From Octopus vulgaris (lineage: Eukaryota), in the NCBI GenBank assembly GCA_951406725.2, contig OX597818.1, forward strand, positions 47,306,001 through 47,370,000: a DNA stretch of 64,000 nt, read 5' to 3'. Made by a program: the position numbers and the translations under genes. The notes beneath the pieces are model-generated. The model did not search any database, was not told the origin of the DNA, and saw nothing but the letters and a program-made list of their open reading frames with translations. Position 1 is the stretch's first letter. Each line of letters starts with the position of its first letter. Shown here in pieces: positions 1 to 12,541 of the stretch.

Positions 1-269
1 CACAGAACAGTAAATGTTTACTGATTTCTGTATTGGAACCACTGTTTTCAGCTTAACACAAATTGCACAGTCTGCTCATTACTGAGGGGGCCAAATCAAG
101 TTGAAACATAAGTGCACTGAGTGAAATCTTGTGTCTTTTGGCACACACACAAATCTCTTTTTGTGAAGTTTCAGTGAGAGAAAATATTACAACTAGTACC
201 ATTCTACATTTTTATACACACCAATATCTTAATATGCACATTTGAAACAGCATTAAATTAAATTAATAT

Positions 270-323
270 GCCAGTGCATCAAATATGGCATAATATATGA
301 TATGCCATATTTGATGCACTGGC
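270..323. repeat. Perfect 23-bp inverted repeat with 8-nt loop
   Basis: gccagtgcatcaaatatggcata (270-292) / tatgccatatttgatgcactggc (301-323). Confidence 0.95.
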
Positions 324-3041
324 CTATTAGATGCACTTTAATCTCAGCAACACAAATTCAGGAAAAATGGTTTTGGTGCATTGTAGGTCCAACCTTTTTT
401 GGGGTTTTTTTTTGTATGCCATTAAATGGGGGTTTTTTTATAGGTAAAGGATTTCGATTTTAAATAAAAGGGAAAATAGAGATGTCATTTCTTTTTCAAG
501 TATTAGTAACATGTGAATGGTTTCTGCAGATGTTGAAACTAGGTTTTTGATTGGCCAATGAAGGGAAGCCTCTAAGTGGTCACTCAATCTGCTTGTAATA
601 GCAGTCAATTTTTTTTTTTTTTGCATCTTACTATCTTCAAGTAAAAAGGAAAAAGAAAAAACCCTGGATAATCTAATTAAGTGTTCACAATATCCAAGAA
701 AAGATGTGATAATCTTGGCTAATATGCCTTTCATCATTGATATGCTTTATCTGAGCTGACCTGGGGCTAAACAATTAAATGTTTAGAAGTTCTGGTTTAC
801 TGCAGATCACACTATTATAATAATTACATGACTGATGTATAATCAGAGTTAAAACATCCTCATATACGATCTATACTATAATGAAAAAAAAAAGCTATTT
901 ATTAATTATGAGTTTGTAACATTTACTAAAAAAAAAGAAGCAATTATTAAAGTCTACACTGTCTAAAGAATTATTAAAAATTCCAATTCTAATATTTTTT
1001 TTCGTCAAAATTTGGTTTTCATAATTCTTCAATTCACTTGAAATAGCATTTAAAAAAAAATCTCTTTCCATCTTTTCCTTATCACTTCTATTCCTATTAG
1101 TCTTTGACTATCCTTATAATGTCCTCTCTTACCCAATTTAATTGTTTCCATTTAAAAAAAAACAAAAAAAAACTAACAAGCACTACCCTCCAGGCTTTTT
1201 TCTGCTAGTTACAATAACGATTTTAACTCTGAAATTTGCCGATGGTAGCTCTCACCACTCTCCATTCAACTTGTCTTTTGCTTCAAACATAGATACAATT
1301 ACTTATTCCAAGGAACATTCCCCAATGGATTCTATTTCCTTTCCATGTACTCTAAGTTGACACCAACTTGTAAATTTGTTTCTAGCTGAAACTCACTGAA
1401 TACTCACTCTTAAAACAAAGTTCTCTCAGTCAAAACAGTTTTTGTGATACTCTTTGTTTATAAACCAAATACACTGTATGTTGTTTTTAGCAGTGGCAAC
1501 TACATTGTCTTGATATTTAGTCTAGAGGAAAAACCCTAACTATCATTTATTTTTTTTTTTTTTTTCTTACGATAATGTCTCAAAAATATTTTACATTAAA
1601 TACTATGGACTAAGTACATTTTGGACGGTTTTCGTATTTTGATAAAATTCACTGATACTGAACAGTATTTACTTTCGAGATAATTAATACCGGATGAAAG
1701 AACTGATAATCTTTGAAACCCCAATAAGCCCTTGGGGAAATGCAGCAGTGAAGATATTCAAGTTGTTAAAATCATAATGATGAAGATGGGAAAACTTACA
1801 TTGAAAACAAATTTTGTAGGGAACTTGAGCAGTTGTGAATTTTGCTTCTGTTGACTCAGATGTTATCAGAAGAAATTTGAGACTGCAATATTTTAATCAA
1901 ATCCTGTGATTTCATATTTTACTTTAGTTAAATGTCTTTTGAGAGAATCAAAAATAGTGTAGCTTCTTTCTTTGGTGATCTGTTTTATCTTAATGCTTTG
2001 TGAGGCTCTCAATGTGATTGTGATAGACTTAGTGCATGTGTGTATGTGTATCATCATTGTCATTATCATTTAATGTCTGTTTTCCATGCTGGCATGGGTT
2101 GAATGGTTTGATTGGAGCTGTTAAGCCAGAGAGCTGCACCAGGCTCCAATTGTCTGTTTTGGCATGGTTTCTATGGTTGGATACCCTTCTTAATGCCAGC
2201 CACTTTACAGAGTGTACTGGGCACTCACAAGGCTTTGGTCGACCCAAGGCTATAGTAGAAGATACTTGCCCAAAGTGCCACACAGTGGGACTTAAACCCG
2301 GAGCCACATAAATATTCCTCTTTTTGATAAGTGTTAAACACAAGATAATTACAGATTTAGTGTTTAAAATCCAACTAATGTTGCTGTTGTTTTCTTTGGA
2401 AGTGGGGACTGGAAGTTTAAAGTTTTTATATTTATATATATATATATGTTTGCAGTAGTTTTTTTCTTTTTTTATTAGGTTTTTCTGTAGATCTTTGATA
2501 TACAAAGAAATTGTGCTCTCAAGTTGCTCAGAGAATTATTTTTTTCAAATATGGTTTATTACTTTGCTCTGTAATCTGATGGGATTGTCCAATTTGACAG
2601 AATAAATACCATGCTCAGGATTTTTATTTGAGAGCATCGATTTTTAGTTTCCTTGCTGGTGTTTACATCTTTTACCAATAATAATTGGCAAAAAAAAACA
2701 CACACACATATACACACAGTGTATGACGTTTTCAATTGATGAAAACCCATCCCGGAGTGAAGAGAGGAAAACAGATTAAAGCTTAAATCTGATCAAAACA
2801 GATCAAAACAAGAGCAGAATCTCAGATAATCAGAATGAGCTGACAACACTCGATTAAAATTATGCTTGCAGTGAATGGAAGAAAATATTAGCACAAGAGT
2901 GAATAATTTAATTAATCTGATTGAGGGAAGTTATCTAGTGATAACATCTGCATAGAAAACAATTGGTTAAGTTAGTACATGCAGACATAGTATAGTGAAG
3001 AAAACTTTAATAAAGACTCTCTCTCTCTACTGTGATATATA

Positions 3042-4100
3042 CGTGGTCTGATCAATAAGTATCTTGACTGTTGCCATAGTGATGAAATTAAAGCACACAG
3101 AGTGAAGCCACTTTGCACACTTTGACCTCAAACTCTGCTGTGTATGTGCACTAAGTTTTAATGTTCTAGTTCACTTCCACTGTTTACAGCAGTGCTTGGA
3201 AGGAAGGTGTGTAGCATGTAACTGTCACATTGACCATGGCAGGAAGTTGAGCAGAGAATCTGCATCAAATTGCCATACCTTTGCGGCAGGAGGTGCAGAT
3301 GAGGGCAGCTGCATCAAACTCTCTCATGCACCAAATATCAATTGCTAAAAAGCATTTATGAAGTAAAATTATGTAGCAACACCAAATGGCAGTGCCTCAG
3401 CATGGCCACAGCTTGTGAGCTGAAACTAGATGAAATAAAAAAAAAATAAATGAAATAAATACCTGCTCAGAGGCCTACCCAAAGTTTTCGAAAAATTTCC
3501 ATTGTTCTCAACACAATCAAGGAAATCTTGTGCAACTGAAACCCAGGTGTCTTTTTGGACAGCTGAAAGCAGTTTTGGCACAAACTTGGCAGACATGAGT
3601 CTCTTACCTAAATCTTCAGTGATAATGGATTGAACTGAACTGTAACTAATCTGCACATTGTCTGATAATTCATGGATGGTGATTCAATGATTTCTCCTCA
3701 CAACTGCACACATATCTGTGATGTTTTTCTCAGTTCTGTTGGTTACATGTTTCCCAGAACATTCGTCAATATCAGCATTTTTTGACCATGGAAACGTCTG
3801 AACCACTCGTACACTTGTGTGTGACTCATACACTCCTCTCCATAAACCTTCTGCAACTTTGCATAGGCCTCTGAGCAGGTATTGCCATGACAACTTTCTC
3901 TGTCATGGTCAATGCAGCAATCACACACTACACACCTTCCTTCCAAGCACTGTTGTAAACAGCAGAAGTAAGCTAGAATGTTAAAGCTTAGTGTGCCTGC
4001 ACAGCAGAATTCAAAGTCAGTCTTTGCCAAGCAACTTCGCTCTGAGTTCTTTAGCTTCTTTACTATGGCAATAGTCTAGATACTTATTGATCAGACCTTG
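3042..4100. mobile_element. Degenerate mariner derivative made of two facing 5' ends (about 200-bp inverted repeats)
   Basis: Ends cgtggtctgatcaataagtatc / gatacttattgatcagaccttg; inverted similarity continues to the transposase start. The minus strand encodes mariner N-terminal pieces EAYAKLQKVYGEECMSHTQVYEWFRRF and SVQSIITEDLGKRLMSAKFVPKLLS (WVPxxL-like). Confidence 0.8.
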
Positions 4101-4543
4101 TGTGTGTATGTATATGTGTGTGTATGTATATATATATATATATATAAAGTACCAAGTACACTCTGTAAAGTGGTTGGCATTAGGAAGGGTATCCACTGTA
4201 GAAACCTTGCCAAGGCAAACATTGGACACAAACATAACCCTCAGGCTAGTCAGATATCCTGTTGAACTGTCTAACCCATTTGAGCATGGTATACAGATGT
4301 TAAATTATTATACATACCCACATTGTGTGTAAATTTGTAGAAAATTAAAGGTGTTTGCAAGGATAAATAGCAAAAATAAATTAATTTTCCTTTTATTGCA
4401 TACATACCTACAGAAAATAGACTTCTTCCTATCTTATTGGTAGATTTAAGCATTAAGGCAGTACTTGGTTAGTGAATACAGGTTTGAGATAGAACAGAAT
4501 TCAAAGTGGGATGTAATAGATGATAATTTATCACAGCCACCCC

Positions 4544-4750
4544 CCACCGGCACCTGTGCCGGTGGCACGTAAAAAGCACCCACTACACTCACAGAGTGGT
4601 TGGCGTTAGGAAGGGAATCCAGCTGTAGAAATACTGCCAGATCAGACTGGAGCCTGGTGCAGCCTCCTGGCTTCCCAGACCCTGGTCGAACCATCCAACA
4701 CATGCTAGCATGGAAAACAGACGTTAAACAACGATGATGATAATGATGAT
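4544..4750 (+). mobile_element. Short retrocopy of the RTE LINE 3' end (family C) with (GAT)n tail
   Basis: Nearly identical to 37970-38175; ends gttaaac(gat)n. Confidence 0.85.
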
Positions 4751-5752
4751 ATTTCTGTTTTACAAATTCAGCTGGTTAATGTTGCAAAAAAAGTTTTACA
4801 GAAAATGTGCACGTTCATGTTTGCAAAGTGAAAATATTTTCTGGTATTACATGTAGGGCAGCAGAAAATAAAAAAAAATTCAGATTGACAAGGCAATGTC
4901 AAGAAAGACATTAAGTGCTTGACAGTTTAAAGAGAAACAGCTTACACATGGTCGCGGGTGACAGCTAAGAGTGTATTAAAACAGACAGCAGTTTTGTCTA
5001 ACTGCTGTTACACAGATATCAGCTTTACTTGTTTAAATAGCCAAAAATGGCTCACATAGCACTTGTAGTGATCTTGTCAACAGTAAAACAAAAATGTCAT
5101 CTGAACACAAGTTCTTTAAATTCATAGGGTCATGTGTGTGTGAATATGCACCCAAACATGCCCACCCCCACGTGAGTTCAGCACATTATTTATTTTCCAG
5201 ATTTCACACGTCATAGGTAAACCCAATAATAGAGTAGAAAATACTTGCCCAAAGTTCAGAAACTGTGACTGAGTTTCATAGCTACACAGCATTCTCGCTC
5301 CTGTATTTATGTATGTGTGAATATTTATATATGCAAATATAATTGTGTATATAGGTGTGTGTACATATACAAAAGATGTAACCTGGCATGAGAATAGTTG
5401 TTGTGACTAAAGCAGAACAGTATGTGTGTGTATTTATTTATTTATATATATATATATATCTATATATATATATATATCAATAATAATAATAAAGGGTAAA
5501 ATTAATTAATAATTAATAATTTTACCAAGTAGTTCAGCATGCTAAAAGAACCATTATCGGTAAACTTAAACAGCATACACATGGTCATGGGAGATTTTCT
5601 TATGGTAGAGAAATAGCTAGTCTTGGCTGCTATTTCTAAATTTTAGTATGTGGTGAAGCAAAGTTTTTGCTAAACCCTAATTATAATTATACTCATAATT
5701 ATAAGAATTTACATATATATATATATATATATACATATACATACACATACAT

Positions 5753-5946
5753 TTGTGTGCCATGATAGATCGTTAGCTACTACACACATTTTTTTCTCTC
5801 CTTGTTTTTTCTGTGTCCCTTTCTGTAGAAGAGCATAGGCTCGAAACGTAAAAGACTTTTTCTATTCCTGAGCGTTATACTAATACATCTGTTTGTTTTG
5901 TACACCACCTGTCTTTGTCTTTTGTTGTTTTCGTAAACTCTCCCTA
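5753..5946 (+). mobile_element. Short element in a (TA)n tract carrying a degenerate minimal hammerhead motif (Penelope-like terminal repeat?)
   Basis: cttt CTGTAGA a gagc-atag-gctc GAAA cg TA aaag at 5819-5854; flanked by TA/CA microsatellite. Confidence 0.5.
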
Positions 5947-7350
5947 TACATATATATATATAATCTGTTACATCATAGAAGAGTGATTTTAGTGATAAAA
6001 GATTGCATGTTGTAAATGTTTTTCTATTTTAATAATCTGGTCACAAACACAATTCTGCTCATAGACATTGCAATTAAATAATAAACAAAATGTTAGTTTT
6101 TGAGCAATTTTTTTTTTTTACTGTCTACTCCATCATATTTGGCACACAAATGTATCAAGCAAGGTTCTGAACAACCAGCACACAAACTCACCTAATTCTT
6201 CCTTTTCCAAAACTAAGATGTGGGAATGCTTTCAGCAACAGTTCCAAAGGTTTCAAAACTTGCAAAGAACTGATAAAATGTTCCTGCAGAGTAGACTACT
6301 CTGAGAGCAATTGTGCCAAACAAAACCTGGACTTTTTCGTACTCTGCAAGTGCAAATGCACCCAAAAGAACATTGTAAGCTATGTTAGTAATAGACATCA
6401 AAAAACAATACTACATATTACTGCTAGTGCAAGAGTTCTGTCTATGAAAATTTAAATGATTGTAATTGTAATAAAAACCATGAAGGTATCTTTGGTGTTT
6501 TTTATGTCTCCCAGGACACCAGAACAGCAATATTTTGTCATAGATGTTAGGCATCTATGGCAAGAATTTTGATAGTGTTTTGTTTTGACTTTCATCATCA
6601 TCATCATTTAACATCCTTTTTCTATGCCGGCATGGTTTGGACAGTTTGGAGCTAGAAAGTCAGAAAACTGTGCTAAGTTCTACTTTGGTATGGGTTCCTG
6701 TCTGCTTTGGTATAGGTTCCTAATACCAACCATTTTACAGAATGTATTGGGTACTTTTTATATGGCACTAGCAGCAGTGAAGTCTCCAAGTAACTTACAA
6801 AACAAGGTCCCTCAAATGAAGGTGAGCAGTATGGAGGGAGGTGGCTTAGTGCCGGGTGATGAGTAGTTGGAGTATGAATAGAGGGACAGAAATAGATGTC
6901 TTACAATAGAGGAGATCCATGGCTTTTCTCAGTTGGGAAGCAAATAGCAAAAATGGAGAGAGATAGAGAAAGAGAGAGAGAGATGATGGTGAAGATGTGA
7001 CAAGGCATACGCCCAAATTACAGGGAAGGGTATACAATGAAGGGGACCAGGGATTGGACTGGGTGAATAGGAGGGTAAGTTTGTGAGATTGCATAATAAG
7101 GGTGGGGAACAGGGGGGAATGTAGGGAATTTTTCAAAATTATATTTTAAACTCCTGAGGGTTTCTAAATTAATATTCATTCATTGGACCCAAGGGAAAAC
7201 CATGCAAAATTTGAGACTTTCATTAAATTAAGCCATCTAATTTGTTTTAGTATTTTGATTTTAATTATGAGTTTGAATAATTGACTTTGATATTTATTCT
7301 AATGACTAAATGTAGCAGAAAATTAAATATATGATTTCATGTTTTGCCTT

Positions 7351-7385
<35 letters not shown>

Positions 7386-7408
7386 TTTTTTGTTTTTCTT
7401 TACTTCAG

Positions 7409-7609
7409 GTTCTTGGAGCTGCTATCTTTGGATTCTGTCTCTGGCTTCGGTTAGACTTTTGGTATGACCATAATATAGGAGTTAACTCAGTTCTGAAAAT
7501 ATACCATATTGCTATTTACATAGCGATTGCAGTTGGTGGGCTTATTATTATTTTTGGCATTATTGGATGTGTCGGTGCAATCGCTTCTCGTCTGGTGCTA
7601 TTGGTCCTG
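7409..7609 (+). CDS. Tetraspanin exon (end of TM1, EC1, TM2)
   Basis: ttcag|GTT...CTG|gtaagt; 201 nt; [67 protein letters not shown]. Confidence 0.95.
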
Positions 7610-10600
7610 GTAAGTCTGTTTTTAATATTGTTTTTATTAACCAATGTCGCACACTGACTGATAACGCTTTTTTTTGTTGGAGGTTGTTTAGCAGTGCAAG
7701 GAAGAATTGACAAATGTGTCAAATTGCTGAACTTATATTATCTTGGCCCAGATAACACCACCCATACATACCTCTCTTTCACAGTCACTTACTCCCACAC
7801 TCTTTCTTTTTCTTTCTCTCACATTCTCTCCTTTTCTCTACTTCTCTCATGATCCACCCATTTTTCTTGTTTCTTTTCCTTTTCTTTTTCAACGCCCTCG
7901 CCTCTTTTCTCTCTTACCATCCTCATGTTGCTTTTTCTTTCTTTTTTCGTTTACATTATTCCCTTCCTCGTTTTATGTTCTCTTCCTACTTTTAAAAATT
8001 TTCTCCCACCTTTTTCCTCCACTTACTTTCTCTCTTTATCATCTTCAAAACAGTCTGCTGCAACAAAGAAAATATATATAGAAACTTGCTTGGTATGGGG
8101 TAAGAAGACTGTCTCCCCATTAAATAAAAAATAAAATAAAATTTCATTTGCTTTAATGTCTAATTTTATAGTGGTTATGTGGTTTATTCATGGCTGGAGA
8201 TGACGACTACCACTTTTTTAAAAGAGAATTCTATACTATAAATGTATAGCGAAATTGGCTTGCCAATTTAGCATCCTCGCTGACTATGGAGCAGTTAACT
8301 CCCCTGTCAGTATATAGACTTGTGCTATGTTTGTAGCTATAAGGGTCTTTGACTCTTATTTCTAGCAATGTAGGTGCTACAGTGAACCCTCAATCACTAT
8401 TAGTAACAACTGAATTCTTCCTTTTGGTTTTATATCATGTCTAGTCACCTTTATTAGTTTATAATTTTCACAAGACCATTTTGCTGAATCAGCCACTGAT
8501 TCTTATGGTAAAAACTATCTACTGACAGGTTGGATTTGACTTAACTATAAGTGCTGGATTAGTGCTACTGATGAGCTTTGATTTCAAGCAAAATTGGCTT
8601 GCCAGTTTAGTACCCTTGCTTGTTAAAGTGCGGTTAATTCCTCTGTCAGTTCATAGACTTGTGCTATGTTTGTGACTATAAGAATCTTTGACTCTTATTT
8701 CTAGCAATGTAAGTGCTACAATGCACCCTCAGTCACCATTAGTGACAATTGAATTCTTGCTTTTGGCTTTATATTGCATCTAACCACCTTCGAGGACTGA
8801 TCTTAGGATGTTGGGGCTCACAGAGGAAATGACAGATCAAGGTGTTCTAAGGTTTTCCCAGAGGCACAGTGAGAAATGCATGTGCCTAGTTCTGGAGCTG
8901 TCTTGAAGCTATGATGGATGCTGAGGGTAGCTACTTTGAGGAAATCATTATCTCCCATCCATAATCCAGTTGATATATTTTGATCTTTTAAATATACTTT
9001 TATTTTTGGATGGGATAGTGTGTTTTGTTTTTGTATTTGGCTTGCAAGATTCTGTATATGAGTTTGTGTGTTGAAGCATATTCTGTTGTGTCTGGGGAAA
9101 GTCATTTTCTTTTTGTGCCTTATAATGTAACACACTCACAGGTAAAATTTCCACTTATTTCCTATTTCTATTTTCCTAAAATTTTCGTTGCGTCTTGCAA
9201 CCTTTTCAATAGTCTTGACTCACAGTGTAAATAATGGACAGAGTCAAGACTATTGAAAAGGTTGCAAGATGCAAGGAAAATAAAAATAAGAAAAAAAGTG
9301 GAAATTTTACCGGTGAGTGTGTTAAATTATAAGGCACCAAAAGAGAATGACTCTCCCCAGACACAACAGAATAGTGTTTTCTTTTCCTTTTATGCAAACT
9401 GTCAAATTTAGCCTGAACACCCTGTACACAACGACTCCTGTAAAGATAATGACAGATTACTTATATTAAGAGGTAGGAGCATGTTTCAGAAACTAGCAAT
9501 AACTTTGTCTGTAAATGTTATCTTTTATTTTTTTACTTGTCATTCAACTGCATTTCTCGCTGGGACACCATCTTGAAGAGTTTAGTCAAACAAATTGACT
9601 CTGGTACTTATTTCTATTGGTCTCTCTTGCGGGACTATTGAGAGGGACATAAACAAATCAACACCTGTTGTCAAGTGTGTGGCAAAGGACAGAAACAAAC
9701 TCAAACCCATATATATATATATAATATATATATATATATATTGCTTGCATGATGACATCGCATTTATAACCATCATATGATGTCAAGACAAGGGTACACA
9801 CACATGTGCACACAAGCATGTGTGCTTGTACCATGTGGAAAGCACCCAGTACATTCTGGAAAGCAGTTGGCATTAAGAAGGGCATCTTGTCATAGAAACC
9901 ATTCCAAAGCAGACAGAGCTTGGTACAGTCTTCTGCCTAGTCAGCTCCTATCAAACTTTCTAACTCATGCCAGCATAGAAAACAAATGTTAAATGATGAT
10001 GGTGATGATATATATCATCGTCATCGTTAAACGTTCGTTTTCCGCACTAGCACAGGTTGGACGGTTCGACTGGGGTCTGGGAAGCCAGGAGGCTGCACCA
10101 GGCTCCAGTCTGATCTGGCAGTGTTTCTACAGTTGGATGCTCTTCCTAACGCCAACCACTCCATGAGTGTAGTGGGTGCTTTTTATGTAGTGGGTGCCAG
10201 GGGAGTCTGGCAGCGGCCACGATCGGTTGGTGCTTTTAACGTGCCAGTCAAGGCGGCGCTGGCATCAGCCACATTCGGATGGTGCTTTTTACGTGCCACT
10301 GGCACAGAAGCCAGTCGAGGCGGCGCTGGCATCAGCCATGTTTGGATGGTGCTTTTTATGTGCCACCGGCACAGGTATCTATATATAGTAATCCCTCAAC
10401 TATCACAGGTGTTACGTGATAGGTGAAAATTTGTGAAGTAGTACTGTACTGTATATATTTTTTAATTATTTTTTATAATTTGTATATATTTTTTAAAATT
10501 ATAAATGCAAATTAACACTATGGAGGAATCTATGTAAACTTTAATAATAAACTGTGATAGGTGAACCGCGGTAAGTGAACTGTGATAGGTGAACCACGAT

Positions 10601-11118
10601 ATGGCAAGGGGTTATTGTAATTATTGTCATTTAATGTGTGTTTTACACGCTGATATGGTTTGGACTGTTTCACTGGAGTTGGTTTGGTAGTAGACTGCAA
10701 CAGGCTTCAGCTGTCTGTTTTCGGCATGGTTTGTTTTACAGTTGGATGCCCTTCATGCACACATATACATGACTAGCTTCTTTCAGCTACCAAATCCACT
10801 CACAAGGCTTTGGTCAGCTTGGAGCTGTAGTAGAAGGCACCTGTGCAAGGTGCCATGCAGTGGGACTGAACCCAGAACCACATGACTGGGAAACAAGATT
10901 CTTAGCCATGCCCATGCACTTTCAAATTCCTCCGGAATAAGAAAGTAAAATCTCTTAACTAGGCGTAGGAGTAGCTGTGTGGTAAGTAGCTTGCTTACCA
11001 ACCACATGGTTCCGGGTTCAGTCCCGGTGTGTGGCACCTTGGGCAAGTGTCTTCTACTATAGCCTCGGGCCGACCAAAGCCTTGTGAGTGGATTTGGTAG
11101 ACGGAAACTGAAAGAAGC

Positions 11119-11167
<49 letters not shown>

Positions 11168-12500
11168 ATGTTTGTGTGTCTGTGTTTGTTAGCGGTTCGG
11201 CAAAAGATACCGGTAGAATGAATAAGTACTAGGCTTACAAAGAATAAGTCCTGGGGTCTATTTCCTCGACTGATGGCGGTGCTCCAGCATGGCCACAGTC
11301 AAATGACTGAAACAAGTAAAAGAGTAAACGAGAATGAGATAAGGAAGAGTTCACAACAAGAAGTACATTCATCCATAAAAAAAAAATTTTGTTTCAATTT
11401 CCTTCTATTGAAGCCAAGATGGCATGAGAAACAGACATTAAATGAACCAGTCAAATAACTTCTTTACTAAGAATACAAAGCAAGATATAAAAAGCATATG
11501 GTTTTTTTTTCTTTTTGTGAACGGTTATTACGACACTGTCACAATGCCACAATATAGTTCCAACTCCTGATCTCTGGGAAAATACTTACCAAACAAGAAC
11601 AACAAAAGAATTCCTCGATTTCTTTACTTTTAAAGAAATGGATAAATGTCTATCTTCCAAGTATTTCTCTACTTTATGTAAGACTATTGATTTTATTTTA
11701 TTTTATTTTTTTTTCTTCTTCATGAGAAACACGAAGAGCTTTAAGGAATATATGTGATGTTTCTCAATATTCAGCAGCAAGTATCAAAGAACAAGATTAG
11801 ATAAAATTGCAGAGAAATCCATAGCTTCAAGTATCAAGATGGAAAGGGAATTCAAAGGGTATGAGTGTTTAAAATGTATAGATATAGAGATACGTAGAAG
11901 ATAAATTTATTTTAAATGGCTCTTTGCTATGAGCTATAAATACGAAGATGAAATTCAATTTCATTTCTTTCTTAACTACAATTCTAATGTCTTATTTTTT
12001 TAAAGATAGTTTTTCGAAAAGCGACTCATGACTCATCTCTCTCTTTCTCTCTCTCTCTCTCTTTTTCTCTGTCTGTCTGTCTCTCTCTCTCTAACTCTCT
12101 TACTGTCTCTCTTCTCTCTCTCTCTGTATGACTCTCTTGCTGTCTCTCTTCTCTCTCTCTGTTTGCCTCTCTCTCTCTTTTTTCTCTGTCTGTCTCTCTC
12201 GCTGTCTCTCTTCTCTCTCTCTCTCTCTGACTCTCCCCCCCTTTCTCTCTCTGTGCAACAAAACCTCTCCAAACTAGAAACCCTTAAATAACTGTTTCCC
12301 TAGGCATAATTATAATCCTAATGAAGAAAAATCATGAAATATCAATGTATTTTAAAATAAACATCAAAACCACCACCAACCAAGAGCCCTTTAACAAGTT
12401 CAACCCTATGTGAATGAAGAACAACTTAGAATGAGACTGAAAGATATAAAAGATTCACTGACAACAAACATTTTAAATATTCCCATCATCAGCTGCCTAA

Positions 12501-12541
<41 letters not shown>

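Noticed and set aside
6180-6400. Cys-rich stretch resembling a piggyBac transposase C-terminal domain
   Set aside because: Too degenerate to support without a search.
1-7408. First coding exon of the tetraspanin
   Set aside because: I found no ATG-initiated exon with the expected K-Y/F-x-x-F-x-x-N-x-x-F-W pattern and a phase-0 donor; it is probably upstream of the window.
9221-9227. CACAGTG, identical to the V(D)J RSS heptamer
   Set aside because: No nonamer at 12/23 spacing; a single 7-mer is expected by chance or as a transposon end.
10961-11040. tRNA genes at SINE heads
   Set aside because: A/B boxes are present but there is no complete cloverleaf; they continue into SINE bodies.
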